A program made the position numbers and the translations under genes. A stretch of 64,000 nucleotides of DNA from positions 1,054,001 through 1,118,000 of the forward strand of contig JAMWBK010000002.1 of assembly GCA_029953675.1 (NCBI GenBank), in the 5' to 3' direction. Shown piece by piece: positions 23,725 through 37,258 of the stretch. The DNA comes from Rhodosorus marinus CCMP1338 (Eukaryota; Plantae; Rhodophyta). How positions within the stretch are numbered: position 1 is the stretch's first letter; the number at the start of each line of letters is the position of its first letter. A model generated the notes under the pieces. That model saw only the letters and a program-made list of their open reading frames with translations. It did no database searches and had not been told where the DNA came from.

Positions 23725-24228
23725 GCTTTTTCATTGAGCAGCGGAAGAAGAAATTCTCTGCATTGGTATGCTCTTCGCTCCGCATGATGCGCCGATGTCG
23801 AAGTTCAGGTCACTAGATTGCGGTTTTTGAGCAGGTAAGCAGCTGGACCATCTCTGGTACCATCCTGCTCTTTCCTTTGTGCTTCTGGTCTGCAAGCGCG
23901 CTCAGTGCCTTCTACAGAATTGCGGAGTAGTTTCCGAGCGAGAGGCAAGGTGAGGACCGTCCTAACGGCTAAAACGCTTCAAGAGCACCAGCTGATTCAT
24001 GTTGTGAAATGGGACCATTTTGTGCGATTCAATACAAAGAAGTTTCAAGCGGTTGAGTACGAATGCGGATATCAAAGCATCAGCTCAATCCGGCCCACTC
24101 GTCTCATGGTTTAAAATACTGTGTGAAATGCCCTAGCTTCTGTTGAACCTCGGTTTTCTAGCTGCCGTCACTCACAGGGTTATGATGTGGAAAGAAAAAC
24201 GAAGACAAGCTTACCAAATTTTCCGTGA

Positions 24229-25143
24229 CTATATCCACTGCACATGATTTTTTAGTTTGTTGAACAGATGACTATCTGAACTCTCCAACGGATCAAGCGT
24301 CTGACGCCGAAAGGGATACATCATCGCGAATCTAAAACTTAATCTCGACTCGCAGGAAGGGCAAGTACTCTCTTCAAGCCTTGGAAGGAAACGAAATGTC
24401 CTCATGACGAACTGGGAGACGGACCATTTCTGAAGGATGTTGTTTGGCATCATCGACTTGTGCGCTGTCCTGCTATGTCTGTTTCCATTCCCGCGCCCGA
24501 AGTTTATAGTCCATCAAGCACTACGCGCCATCCGGACTTCACTATTGCGACTGCAACACTCCAAGTCGAGTCATCAGAATTCTCGTCCGTCCTGAATGGT
24601 CTCAATGCTGAACCGGCGCTGAATTGTACTCTAGCATTACATATGTCATGGCATGGCCTAGCTCCAAACACGCACACCTGGTGCGCCCGCTTCTGGACGT
24701 CTTCACCCGGAGACTCTCGCCATTCATACACAGGTCATGATCGGTACTCGTTACCTTGGTCAAGCAGGACAAGTGCATTACATCAACCAGCGAATGATTG
24801 TGGGGGTGTGAGAATGTCGGGCTGTGAGCTCAGGCTAGAATGTCTACGAACATCGCTCGATTTCGGGCCGTGTACACATTTTGTTGCTGCAATCCTCAAC
24901 GCTGTTCGATGTCTCTCGAAAATTTACCACCCTGCAACGCCTTTGATAAGACATCAGCGCTCTGAACTCCCGTACGGAACCGCCCCTGCTCCTGTGCGTA
25001 GAGAGAGCTGGTATCCACTTGCTTCGCCATCGCAGGGTGGCCAGTTCAAGGGACATCGAGCAGCGTATCTTGACATAATCCGTTTCCAATTCTCTCTTGC
25101 GCTCTGGCAACTGCTGACCTAGAGACGTTTCCCACCTTCTCAC
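24229..25143 (-). CDS. Hypothetical multi-exon protein
   Basis: Several protein-like minus-strand ORF pieces. No family recognised. Confidence 0.25.
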
Positions 25144-25801
25144 TTCATCTCATTCGTCCGGCCTGGTTTGTTCAGCCCTTAGCCAAACTGGATTCAGTCT
25201 AGTTCGTAGATACTTTCAGTTGACGCTTAGTTATACACTGCGTTATCTAGCTCCTTCATAGGGTAGTAACTAGAGTACAGCACTGCAGGTCCTTCCGAGA
25301 ACAGCTTGGACGTGTCTTCATAGTGATGTCCATACATCACTACCTTTGGAGGCGGAATTTTTTGGGGGAAGATGATGGAGGTAGTTTTGATACTGCTTGC
25401 TTTTTGGATGTTATAGGACTGGTCTCTGTGCTAAGGAAGGAGAAGATGAGGTGCCTGCTATGGCTGTTAACATGCAATTGATTGATTGTTTGTTTTAATG
25501 GCAACAAATTCGTCTGAAATTTGTTTTTGAACTTCACTTGCGTTGACGTTTCAGAGTCTCGTGGTTTCAAAGATGAATGGCGTGGGAGGGTTTGGGCGGT
25601 TGAAGGCGGGAGCTTGCGTGAAGATGTTGTGTATATCTTCGAAATCCCGATAAATAGAACGGGCCAGAGTCTCTTACTACAACGATAATGAAGGGTCTCG
25701 AGTTTCTTGCTTTACGAGCTTTTTTGTGATGTGCCGATAAGTTGAAGCTCTTTTTTGGGCGTTTTTTCGGGGCGGGGGGAGAGGGGTGAGGGGACTGGAC
25801 G

Positions 25802-28304
25802 AATGGAGAACGAAAAGAGGCATGGTAACGTACTCGCGCAGGGCGAAAAGGATGCGGTAAGATTCTTCAACGTTGATCTCGCATCTAAGTAATTGTCTAC
25901 AATCGTTGTGGTGCTGACACTTTCCCTCCTACAAAATTTGGCGCTCTCGATCCGCAATCTTGACAGGATGAATTCGAGAAGATCGTGCTTGACGACGATG
26001 ATTCCGATGATTGCGAAGATAGAGAGTTTGAAGTGGATGAATTGACAAGTGATGAAGAGGATCTACCTGTTTTTGAAGTCAACGAGCTCACCTCCTCGTC
26101 TTCAGAGTCTGATAGGGAGCCCGATCCAGAGGAAATACCTACATTCCCAAAGTGAGAGGTTCTGACCAATACTACTCTCTGCCGAGCTAATGTTAACGTG
26201 AGATATTGGTGTTTATGTTGCTGGTGTAGTAGGGATCGGATTGTCGGTCATGTTCCACGAGTGTCCGGTACAACCGGGATAACGGACGAGGCCTACTCCA
26301 AATTCCTCTCGGCTTTTGAAGAGAGTCAGAATCGTGAGGATGAAGAACTTAGGAAGTGGCTTCTGGACGATGAAGAAGAAGACTATGACTGGGACTATTC
26401 CTCCGAGGCTGCCAAGCTTTTGGAGGTATCTGACGAGTACAGAAATGACACTGCGGTCCGAGTCTCAAAGTACGTATACGAACATTCGAGCATCCCCATA
26501 AAGTGTTGTGCGTTTCTGTTAAGTTTGGAAATTCGTCTTTCTTTCGTTCTCCGTCCATACTTTAAAGAACTGAGCTTATTCAGCTGGTGAAGGACCATTG
26601 GAAAAGCGAGGAAGCGAAATGGATGTCACAGGAGAAGAACGAACCACCTGAAAAGCCCAAAAAGGTGATTCGGGAACAGAGCAGGACCGCACAAGGTAAT
26701 TCCCTCATCAGAAGCTTCGCGAAATATATCCGGGGAGGTGTCCAGTCGGAACTGACTTTGGACTGCAACCTAATCTCCCAAACATGTTTGCTGAAACTCT
26801 TAGCTTATCTTGCTTCTTCTATTGTACAGCCGCGAGCAAACAGAGACAGCTTGCTCCAGCCTGGTGTAGGGACCGCATTCCCCAGCCGCTCATAAACGCG
26901 TCAATGGCCGAGACCTTCCAAAGCCAAATGAAGATACACCTTCAACTTCTAGTCCAGGTACGTCTTGTCCTTCCCAAGCCAAAGATTCTCCGGTCCTTCT
27001 TCCTGCTCATTTTGAAGAGTACAACCATGTACACAGATGATCCTACTATCAAGACAGCAAACTGCCGCGAGCAACTCGAACACGAGGTTAACTACGGCGG
27101 AGGCCCTACTCCTTCAGTTCAAACAGATGAGGGACATCAGCTTTCAATACAGGCATATCTATGGCTATGGTAAGCTAAACATGAATCCGAGCTCGAGGAG
27201 CTTCATCGGAACAGCCTGGTCGGACTTTATCGTTTTTCTAAAAAAGGGGTCTCCTGTGCGTCGCTTTGAAAACCGACATAGCCTACCCGCAACAGACCCC
27301 ATCTAGTAGCGACTGGAGAAGCTTGACAATCCTTCAGCTAACGCATCAGTTCCTGATGAGGATGAGAGGCGCTTATCCCAACGAGACAGAGGAGGATCGA
27401 ATAACTGATGTCTTCAGTAACTTTTTTCCAGAGTACGAAGACTCATTGCTTCCAGACTACACAGAATCGAAAGCAGCTCATTCGACCTCTGAGCTGACTG
27501 GCCTAGAAAGGCTTGATTTGGATCGATGGGGATTCGATCGGTAAACTGGAAGCTTAACCTAGCCTCTACGAGTTGCGTGTGCTTTCTAACAAACCTTTTC
27601 TTCTATACTCCTTGCCCGCACTTTGTACGGTCAACAGAGAGCTTTTCGACCGCCTAGTCGATAGTAACAGGTTCACCTGGACAACAGCGGAGGACTACCT
27701 CCTATCGCTCGAGATCGCCAGACGAGGGAAGGATCTTGTCTATACGACTCTTCTCCCGACCAAAACGTATGCCGAGATAAAGAGACGCTACGCAGAGCTG
27801 ACACGTAGAAGAGCGCCTCAAAATGCAGTCAAGGTTTGTGGCCAAGAATGCCTTCGTTTTCAGGTTTCACGGGTCTCTGTTTTAGGAGGCTCGAAACTCT
27901 CTCAAGAACACGTTGCTGAAACCAGACCGTGTCCTTCCTGCAGGAGATCGAGTCGCTCATGCAGCGGCCCTTATCACCCCAGGAATGGCGATTAGTAGAC
28001 CGCGGGGTTATGCAGTACGGCTTACATAGATGGGACATGATTCAAGCTCACTTGCTTCCCGGGCGGGATAAGGCAAGTCAGCAACAGTTATCTTGGGCGT
28101 GAGCATGATATCCGCTGGTCCAAGTCTCTAACGTCAGGAAGGGGTTGTGTTCATTTGGGTGATTGTGAACAGGTGATACTAGAAAGGCTGTACCACAGGA
28201 GGACGAAGAAAAGAGCACAAAAACGGAAGGAGCGGGAGCGAGCGAGGGAGAAGAAGATGGCGGAAGCAGGTGGAAACAAGCAGGCCATTGTTAGCAAGCG
28301 GTAG
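25802..28304 (+). CDS. GON4L/YY1AP1/DUO3-like Myb-domain protein
   Basis: Acidic N-terminus, DDEEEDYDWD...EYRNDTAVRVSK, FQSQMKIHLQLLVQV, FTWTTAEDYLLSLEI...LPTKTYAEIKRRY...RAPQNAVK, and a second Myb-like YGLHRWDMIQAHLLPGR. Ends approximate. Confidence 0.75.
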
Positions 28305-28803
28305 CCTGAGCTGTTCTTATCCTAAGCTGAATGGGCGAAGCGCTCGAGTCGATGATACGAATTTTTGACGACAAGGGCGGTAACGAGACAGAGCCGGCCG
28401 AGTGTCCATCCAGTGACACACTAAGACAGGACTGGAATAATCTCATCAGTTGGCAGGATGTTGCAGTTTTACTGCGAGAAAGCGGCATACGTCGGGGGCC
28501 CGTCTTTTCCTCGTCCTCACCTCTTCAGCTTTTCGTACGAACAGAGTTTTGAAGACCTCGAGCACGCTGCAGACGGGTGAGGGTCTAGTTTATCACCAAA
28601 TGTACATAGTATGTATACTTTTATATTTTTCTGCTGGAAGAGCTAAAAAATCATGCACACAGGGGCATAGTCTTCTAGGAAAGTAGCAACCCTATACAAT
28701 TGCGCTACAAGATATGGAATCTGTTTCCTTGGGAACCGTCTATCTGACATGCTCTCCCCACCCCATTCAGATAGTCTCGTCCGCGTGCTATACATGGATT
28801 CAT

Positions 28804-29364
28804 TCATACGTTGTCGAAGTTTGACGGCGCCAACTGCGGGTTGTACGAATCCATACTAGTATATGGTAGCGCACCTACTGTCTGTCCGTTCATACCAAGG
28901 GAGACGGGTGATGCTCCTGGCTCTCCCTGTGCATGGTTTCCTATTCTAGCACCAGCACCACCAGCACCACCAGCACCACCACCGACAACATCTATTTGGA
29001 TGCCCTCCCCCCCAGCAGGGTAGACGTTGACACCATTCGCAAGACCCTCAAGGTCTGGCGCATTTCCCTTTCCCGAACTCAGGATTGCGATATGCTTTCT
29101 CAACAGCTCATTCTCCCGTCTGATACGGACATTCTCGCTAACCAGAATAGAATTTTCAGCCGTGTACGCCTCTGACAGCTGCACAACGACCAGACTCTTC
29201 TGCGAAATCTTCGCCAGACGGTCCTTACAAGTGTTCAACGCCCGCTGATGCCTCTTCCGAGGCTGCTTTGCTGGCTTCTGAACGCCACCCCCCTTCGCAC
29301 GGCCTCTCGTCCCTCCTCCACTATCCACCTCACCCTCATCCCAACTCTTCTCCTTCCCAGCCAT
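28804..29364 (-). CDS. bZIP-like coiled-coil protein, single exon (~186 aa from ATG 29364)
   Basis: Basic region KQPRKRHQRALNTCKDR followed by heptad leucines (LSEAYTAENSILVSENVRIRRENELLRKHIAIL) and a Gly-rich tail. Confidence 0.6.
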   Translation of the reverse strand: MAGKEKSWDEGEVDSGGGTRGRAKGGGVQKPAKQPRKRHQRALNTCKDRLAKISQKSLVVVQLSEAYTAENSILVSENVRIRRENELLRKHIAILSSGKGNAPDLEGLANGVNVYPAGGEGIQIDVVGGGAGGAGGAGARIGNHAQGEPGASPVSLGMNGQTVGALPYTSMDSYNPQLAPSNFDNV

Positions 29365-29472
29365 CAAGCTCAAAGATCAACTCCTCTCCTCTTCCAAACA
29401 CTTCCCTACACGCCAACCCCTTATTCTCAAAACCCACCCCAACAACAAAAATTCCACCCAATCTCAACTATC

Positions 29473-29524
29473 TCCCTCCCTCCCTCCCTCCCGCCCTCCC
29501 TCCCTCCCTCCCTCCCTCCCTCCC
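29473..29524. repeat. (CCCT)n microsatellite
   Basis: Directly visible. Confidence 0.95.
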
Positions 29525-30250
29525 AGTCAAACAAAAACAACACACACCCCCAGCTACCTGCCCAAACCGACCTTGTCATACACTCCCAGCCTTCTTCCCC
29601 CCAACAAACGCACAGAACCACCCCCTAAAAAAAAAAAAAACAATCCAACGGTACTCAGTCTATACCTTCCAAAACAAAGAAAACAGGCACATACACAAAC
29701 ACACACACTAAACTCTTCTCACTACTAACATTCCCACCAAAAATACACATCCCACCTTCCCCCCTTCCAGCCTTTCCCCGTCGTCGTCTTTAAGCCATTC
29801 TCCTCACCAACATCTTTTTGTGACCATAAGTACACACGCGGCGACTCCTTTTCCCCTATACCCCCCTTCTCACACCACTCCGCCTTCCATCCTCCAAGGC
29901 AAAAAAAAGAAAGGCATCATCATAATTTCACAAGCAAATCAAGACAATAACATTTAGAAATCCTTACAAAAAACACTACTTTTTTATTTTGAAAAAATAC
30001 CCGTTGTGTACAATTAATATCTATTCAAAAACCAAATATATCAATCTCTTCACGAATGAAATTGCGTAAAGTATAAAATATTCCGTAAATATTTATTCTA
30101 TTCACCAATAATTCTTGAGTATAGACTGAAACGTTTTATTATTATCCAATAAATGCTCTTAGGAGAACCTGTTCCTGTCGTTCATTGGAAACTCCAAGTC
30201 AATTTTTTGGGAAGAAAAGTTCTGGTTCTGGAAACCTGGGATTTAAATCT

Positions 30251-31021
30251 TCAAAGGAATCTTGGGATTCTTATCTCCCGATGCTTCCACGCCGGTACAT
30301 CTAGAATATTCCCAAATTCTAATGATTTTGTGCATTGCCGTGCAGCGATATGAATTTCTGCGCTGAGATCAAAGTGTACATGCGTACCTAGAAAGCTGGC
30401 GATGGTGGGGGAGCTGGTTTGCACTTGACCTCCGGAGGAATTCGAATCTTTCAGTGTTGAAACCAGGTCATTTGGCTGTTGGTTGAGGCAGAGTTTTTTT
30501 CCCGCACTTTTGATTGTTGACCGTAGGTTTGCTGATGTCGCGTGCGCGCGAGTGCGCTGACTGCCTTTGGCCTGTGTGATAGCTAGTTCGTGATGGTTGG
30601 ATATATATATATATACCGGAACTAGTCGAAGAAAAAGATGCTGTACATTGAGTACTTCACAATGAAGGACTGAAGGCGGCACCTATACCCTGAGCCCGAG
30701 TTCCGAATATGGAACCGGCGGAAAACTTTGCATGTCCTGCTAGCTAGGCGGAGCAGGATAATTGACGCGACACAGTTCTGCTGCAATCTCGCGCTATATG
30801 GGCGTTCCCCTGCCAAGGCTGTTGTTGCAAAGCGGGAACTCGAACAATCCGGGCTTGACACACACCAGGACATTACCAGGGGGACAAAATAGCTTAACAT
30901 GAGTAGCAAACCCACCCTTTTCACGAACTGCAACATCCAGCCCGCGTTTCGTCAGGGAAAACCTCACACCGAAACTTTTCGATCCAGAAGTCAAGCCGAA
31001 ACCCCCTAGCTCAGCGCACAA
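30251..31021 (-). pseudogene. Possible decayed orphan gene
   Basis: Interrupted protein-like ORF pieces. No family recognised. Confidence 0.2.
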
Positions 31022-32072
31022 ACAGCCAGCGCGACCGACTGGACCCCAACTCTTCCATCAGTACCGGATCCCCGAAAACCTTTGGGCTAATGGCATGATC
31101 AATAAATTCGTTTATTCTAGAAGGACCTTTCGTACTCACACATCCGGCTGTGCTGCACCGATGAATTCGTTTATTTTATTTTTTTGTGTTCACAGATAAG
31201 GTATTTAATTTTATTGAAATTAAATACAACCTCTGGCATTTGAATTCTGATCTAAAAACAGCCTCTGAATCTCACGCATAAATGTACTAAAATAAGAGAA
31301 GACATATATCTAATTTGGGGAATAATTATTCACAGTGAAAGCGGAACAGAGCTTATTGGATATTATAAAGAATGATGGATATAATTTGAAAGTAAAATGG
31401 TTGGCAACGGCTGTTGACTGAAATTTAATAATAATTTGTTATTTCTTGCATCTTTTTTAGCTAGTTGGCCGATAAGTTTTTTCTTCTCCATGTTCACATT
31501 CGAAGTCAGTAATAGCGGCTGGATTGAAAGTGCTTTGAAATCAAACAGGTTAGGCGGCAAAGGAGGCTAGGATGCTGACAGCCGGAGATGATGCTTGGGG
31601 AGTTTTCTGGAATAGTTTTTTTGTCGTTGATTTCTCGCCTGTTGAGGACTGAAATCCATGCCAAGGATGAAAAAGAAGTTTGTATTCGGTATGCAACCAC
31701 GTTCGCTAGCTCAGCACGCTCGCGTTACGTCCCTCTGTCCTTCCCGATCGATCCCGTTCCGGCACTAATTCTTAGAAGGAACAGGGTTCCTGTACCCAGA
31801 AGAAGCGAATTTGGCATCTACCCCTCTCCCCTTCCTTAACCTGCAAAATAACATCGTTTGACTGAGTTTATGCTTGATGCATGTTGTGTTCACATTTGAC
31901 AAGGCGATTCCCAATAGGCATATAGATCATGTGCTCACCGGTGAGGTGCCTCTACAGCGCCCGGCATACTCTGATGTGATTGAGTAGAGTAGATTTTGGA
32001 TCGTCTGGACTTTAACGGTTGAAGAATCTGTTGTTTATTGCTCCGATCTGAGCAAAAAAATCGAAGGGTTTG

Positions 32073-33134
32073 AGGGCGTTTGTGCTGCTCTGAGTGTTGA
32101 GCTTGGGGCTTCTGTCTGTAGCGTGCGCACAGAAGAAGCAAACTGATATATGCCCCGTCTTCATTAAGGACGGACCTACTAAGAAGACCAAGTTACCCCA
32201 GGGGTAGGAATTATCGACAAAAGACAACTGCTTCGATCTTCTACCTGGATAGTTAGTTGAAGAAACTTTCCGATTTGTTTCGCAGGTCGCCAACCTGAGG
32301 GTGTTACAGCAGGTCCGAAGAAGAAGCTGCTTGTTGGTTCCATTTCCGGGGACATCATGGAAGTTGGAGTTCCAAAAGAAAAAACCAAAGTTGCTCCTTA
32401 ACCTTGGGATGTCCGTGTTGGGCTTGTACTCTTGGGCGAAGAAGGACATGATCTTCGCCAATGGAGTTGACTTTTTTAATGGAGGAGGCGCCATTTTTTG
32501 ATTGACTACGCCACTCGCTCTATCATTCGGACTTGCGTTTTCCGAGGTGCGCTTCCCAACGATCAAGTGGTTGACGACGGCGAGAATGCGTTGGACATCA
32601 CCGATTCGATGGCTCCCACGTTGTGGAAGCTCTCTTTCGAGAACCTGGAGAAGTGCAAGTTCGAGCCCTTCCCATTGGACGACCTTCCGTTGACACCCGG
32701 TGCAATCAACAGCAATGGAATAGTTCGCTACGAGGGCAAGTCTCTGATTGCCAATTCAGAAGCTGCACAGGTCTGGTCATTCGACGAGAAGACGACGAAG
32801 GGAAAGCTAGTCATCGATCGCGTTCCGGCCGCCGATGGTCTGGCGCTCACGAGACGGAACGGTAAAGATTTCTCTTCGCTGTGAAAAACGGCTTCAACGT
32901 CATTAAGATTTTTGAGCTGAGGAAGAAGGGTTCCTCAATGAACGCCCTTCGTAGAGGGCGCATCAACAACAGGACCTTCCGCACAACAACAACGGCTTAC
33001 CTTGTCGGGGACTACATTTGTGCACGTAACGCCCGTTTTGCAGAAATAATGCCGGGCTCGCCGGAGCTCGGGCCCAGAAGTTTGACGTCACTTGCACGGA
33101 CACTTCCCCAGTTTTCATGGCAAAAAAGCCTTAA
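32073..33134 (+). pseudogene. Frameshifted SMP-30/gluconolactonase/LRE-like secreted beta-propeller gene
   Basis: Joining frames gives KLPQGRQPEGVTAG..LLVGSISGDI..LGMSVLGL..LPNDQVVDDGENALDITDS..INSNGIV..AADGL..FLFAVKNGFNVI..TTTTAYLVGDYICARNARF. It has a TGA in the signal peptide (32091) and about five 1-nt shifts. Confidence 0.65.
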
Positions 33135-33834
33135 GCGACAAATTACCAGATCAGACATACCCACCAGGGAAAATTCTAAGCACGACCGCAGTCAATTAAG
33201 CAATGGACACTCGCAGCAGGCTGCCAATGTCACCACCAGCACTCAAAAGAACGGAGGAAGCAAGACCAAACCCTACCAGAACGTTCTCGTAACGCCGTTT
33301 GGCGATCCCTTCCAGTTCAAGTACAGTTTATTCATCAAGACTTTCATCTAACCAGATCTTATACCACACGTTGCTCCCCAGGCAGTGTCCTCCGCGCACA
33401 CTCCCCACCACGTCAGTCGCGCATTCAGCAACGCTCCCCAATTACGATGAGAACATTGGGACACCGATGGTTCACCTCGCCTGTCCCACGAGTGTCCCAG
33501 AATTTCCTTGAGCGTTTCTGGGCTCGCGTTGAAAAGCCGAAGGTATCGATAGGGTTTTGCCTTTGGGAGCACCTTGTGAGGATGGATCGATTGGATTCAT
33601 TGGAACCAAGCAGTTGGGCAGCTGGTCGATAAAAAACCTGTTAAGGAGATCCAGAATCTACGACTGATATGTTTGCAGCTTTGGAGGAGATGATATAAGA
33701 ACTTTTATTGGTTCTGTTCGGATTTTTGTTTTTGTTTTCGCATTTTCGGGGGTTGGCGTGGGGAAGGGGAGGGTTTGGAACTGGTGTCCCTGGGGCTGGG
33801 ACGGGTTGGACTTGGAGAGTTCAGGAAGACGCAA

Positions 33835-36552
33835 TGGATGAGCTACCGATTGATATTCATTATGCAAAGCTGTTGGACTGGCTGCTGGATCGTCGAAAGG
33901 TGCCGAGCGGGTGGCACGAGGGGATCCGGTCCGTTAGGTTGAAGGTGAATGAGGGTTTGGCGGATTTGCCTGCAGATGATGAGGAGGTTCTGGCGATTGT
34001 TGGAGGTCAGTATTTGGACTATTTCGGATGCAAGAAGTTGCTGAGTGTAGTCGGCGTTCGAGACGTTTTTGGACGGTACAAGGACGACCGGGGAAAGAAG
34101 TGGCTGGATATCATCGCGATGTACGAGAAAGAAGACCTGTTCCTTGCTGATTCAGCCCAGGTGCTTGCGAAACAAGTTGATGTGGAGATCCCGACCCTTC
34201 GAAAACGGCAAGCCAAGCTCCAGAGTTCTCTCAACGATGCAGGGAGACGGGAGTCAGATTCAGAGAAAGCCGCTGCAAAGCAAGAGGCTGAGCTCAAGGA
34301 CATGTGTCTATCTCTCGGTATTCAAGACGTTTCTCTACCGCTTGAAGGGCAGCTGACGAGAGCTGTCCAACTAGCAGCTCCCAAGGCAGCCCGGGAAGTA
34401 GCAAATTTGGCAAAGGCCGAGCTTGTCGGGGAGGCGTTGCGCTACTATCAAATCTACACGAAAAGAGCAGAAGTCAATGATCAAGCGCTGTGCCCGACTT
34501 TAACAAGAATCCTAGACTCCGAAATGGACGCCAAAGCCCCAGAGGAGCTCGATATCGTCGGTATGCATGAATGCGCTGCAAGCTCCTCGCTCCCCAGCAG
34601 TCAAAAGCACTCCAAAGTGACAGCGAGGGCAACCCCCTTTAGATCAGAACACTTTGGTAGGACTGACGCCCTCCAAGAGCTCACAGGAAGCATTTTCTCC
34701 CATGACGAATTGATAGGAACTGGAGAAGTGAAAGAGGTAACCATCGACTGGGGAGGTAAGAACTTCAACCCGATAGAAGTCCTGAACAAAGCTGCCAAGA
34801 GCTTCCTCAGCCTCCGTGACAGTTTCTCAGACCAGATACTTCGTTTGTGTATTGGAAAAACTCCTCACTTGGAACTGCCTTGAAGCAATGGAGCCGTCGG
34901 ATGAGCTTAAGATAGACTTTGGAGGTGAGTTCCTCCGCCCAAACTACGTCCAAAATCCCGAGCAAAGCCGTCGTTGTCTGAACCAAACTCGTCACGACGA
35001 TAGAGTCAGAAGAAGCAACGATGGCGGGAGGGAAAGACGCAGAAAATACAGAGCCAAAGATCGACTTTGGCGGTAAGCGCAGACCTATTCTCAGCCCCAC
35101 CACTCCAAATCCTCTTTGCGCTTGCCTGAGCCCGAGAGCCCGAGAGCTTGAGATTCACAAGTCTCGAAGTGAAAAGTGTGCTTTTCTTCTCTTCGCCGAC
35201 CAGACTTTGGGATCACACTTGACGATGCCGGCCCGGCTAATGTAGATGGTAAGCAGACTCTCAGTCACTCTGTTCCTTGCAGAAGGACTGTTGAAGAACT
35301 GAGCACTGATACTGAAGCTGCCTGCCGCCCTCCGCCCTTGTCTTTCAGAGGGCGAACCAGTCGAGATCGACTGGGGAGATTCAAATGACCAACAAGGTAG
35401 GAATCGTTCCAGAAATCTAGCCGGTCCTCTCCAATAATTATTCAGACGGTGAAGATACCGACAAGGACTTCCGTAGCTCTATCGGAAGAAATTGTTCTGT
35501 ATGACCACGTCGCCTGCTTTGCTTGGTACTCAAACGTTTCCTTTTACATTTATTCAATTAGAAGCTGCTGTCGAGATCAATTGGGATGTTGGGGCTGAAC
35601 AAATTAATGGTATAGAAGCCCTCGCAATTTTTTTTTTTGTTTGATGGTCGTTACTTGATCGGATACGTTCCCCTCCTTCTTTAAATCTCTGCTGAATTCT
35701 TGAATGCTATGGTCTTGTTGTACCGGCAGTCGAGGGCAAGGGTGGAGGTAGGCTACTCACGTCAAGACAAACTTAAGACCAACGAGTGGTTGCCCAAGAA
35801 ACGTGCTCTGCTGAACATGTTCCCGCTGCGCACCTCGCAAACATGTCTTCCTGTTACGTATAGATGTGAACCAGGTCAACGACAATAGTCTACTAAATGA
35901 AAACACAAGGAACGACTTCTTGACAGATCTGTACGAGATCTCTGCATTTCTTTATCAGCGGGAGACGGAATGGCAGCAGTCTGGCAAAGGAGGCGGACTC
36001 GGCGTGATGTTGTTGGATGCCGAGAACAGGTCACCAGAGCTGCGTCCGTTTGATTCTGAAAAAATTACGAAGATGAAAGCGGCGATTGAGGACGTTTTGA
36101 GCTCTCTGACTTCGGAGGAGAACAGGAGATCGCTGACTCTTAAATCATCGCATCGCGCCTTGCACAGAATGGTCAAGTCTCTGGAGGAGAAGAAATATGC
36201 AGCGGAACGACTGTGAGTCCATTTTCGCAACCCTCTTTAGAAAAGCTCGCTTGCACTGATCCTTGGCCACCTCCGCTGTTGTGAACAGGAAAAGAATGGT
36301 TTCAGAAATCGAAACAAGGCGTAGTAGAGAGGCGCAAGAACTCAAGAGCATAGGTATAGCATCTGCATCTACTCCCCCAGTCTACTCCGTGAGTCGGCTC
36401 ACTCCGAGTTCATATTGTCGCTCTTCACAGGGCCGCGCTTGGAGAGAACAATTGCGTACGTGAAGGAACTCAAAGCAAACATAGAAGATGCGCTATCAAA
36501 ACAGTACAAACCCAGAAAAGTCAATCTCATGGGGGAGATCAACACTTTGTAA
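33835..36552 (+). CDS. CDK5RAP3: CDK5RAP3/C53 (UFMylation and ER-phagy adaptor)
   Basis: MDELPIDIHYAKLLDWLLDRRKVP, YEKEDLFLADSAQVLAKQVDVEIP, an IDR with IDWG/IDFG motifs, RNDFLTDLYEISAFLYQR, and C-terminal KPRKVNLMGEINTL*. Confidence 0.95.
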
Positions 36553-37258
36553 AAATGTGAACAAACACTGGCTCCATTTCCGCCTATATCCAAGTGGTCA
36601 GGGCCGGCCCATCGTATACTGACGCGGCTCTTTCACCTACGAGCTGATCTTGAGCAACTGACCTGAAGAAGCCAGTCGTCCCGTCTTACCTTGGGGTCAT
36701 GATTAACTGTGTCCGAAGATTGAGCGCTCGCCGCATGAGAATGTGTGTTGTAGCTCAAGTGAAACCTGATGCGTCGAAGAACAGCCATACTTGACTGGGA
36801 GGGTATGAATCAACGCGAGTCTCTCCAGTGGACCGTCTATATATATCTCTATAGCAACAAGTACAACTGATCGCTACTATCGGACAAGATGAATCCTGGA
36901 AAAAGGTGTTCTGATGTCGCGAAGACTATCAGAATCAAAGGTCTCTTCGATCACGCGGGTTTTGTTGTTCATGGTCTGCTTTCACGAGCTGCTGCGAGGA
37001 GGCCCGTTAAGAACTCGATGATAAAGTTTATAATGGTCATAAAATGTCGATGTGGGATTGAAAACTGTTTCTAGCTCCATCACCCGATTCTATTTCCCGC
37101 GGTGCCTACGGGCAGGAGCACTGTCCCATATGTATTGGACTGTCCCGTTGACGACGAGGTCGATCGAGATCAATTCTGCGAGGCGGTGGCAGAGCAGGGT
37201 TGTTCGGATGAGGTTTTTTGTTTGGTCTTTTAACTGAGTCTTAGGGTACTGCTTTAAG

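Noticed and set aside
28072-28137. GC-AG intron (AG|GCAAGT) in the GON4L-like gene
   Set aside because: It leads to an early stop. The GT donor at 28076 with the AG at 28172 keeps a sensible frame.
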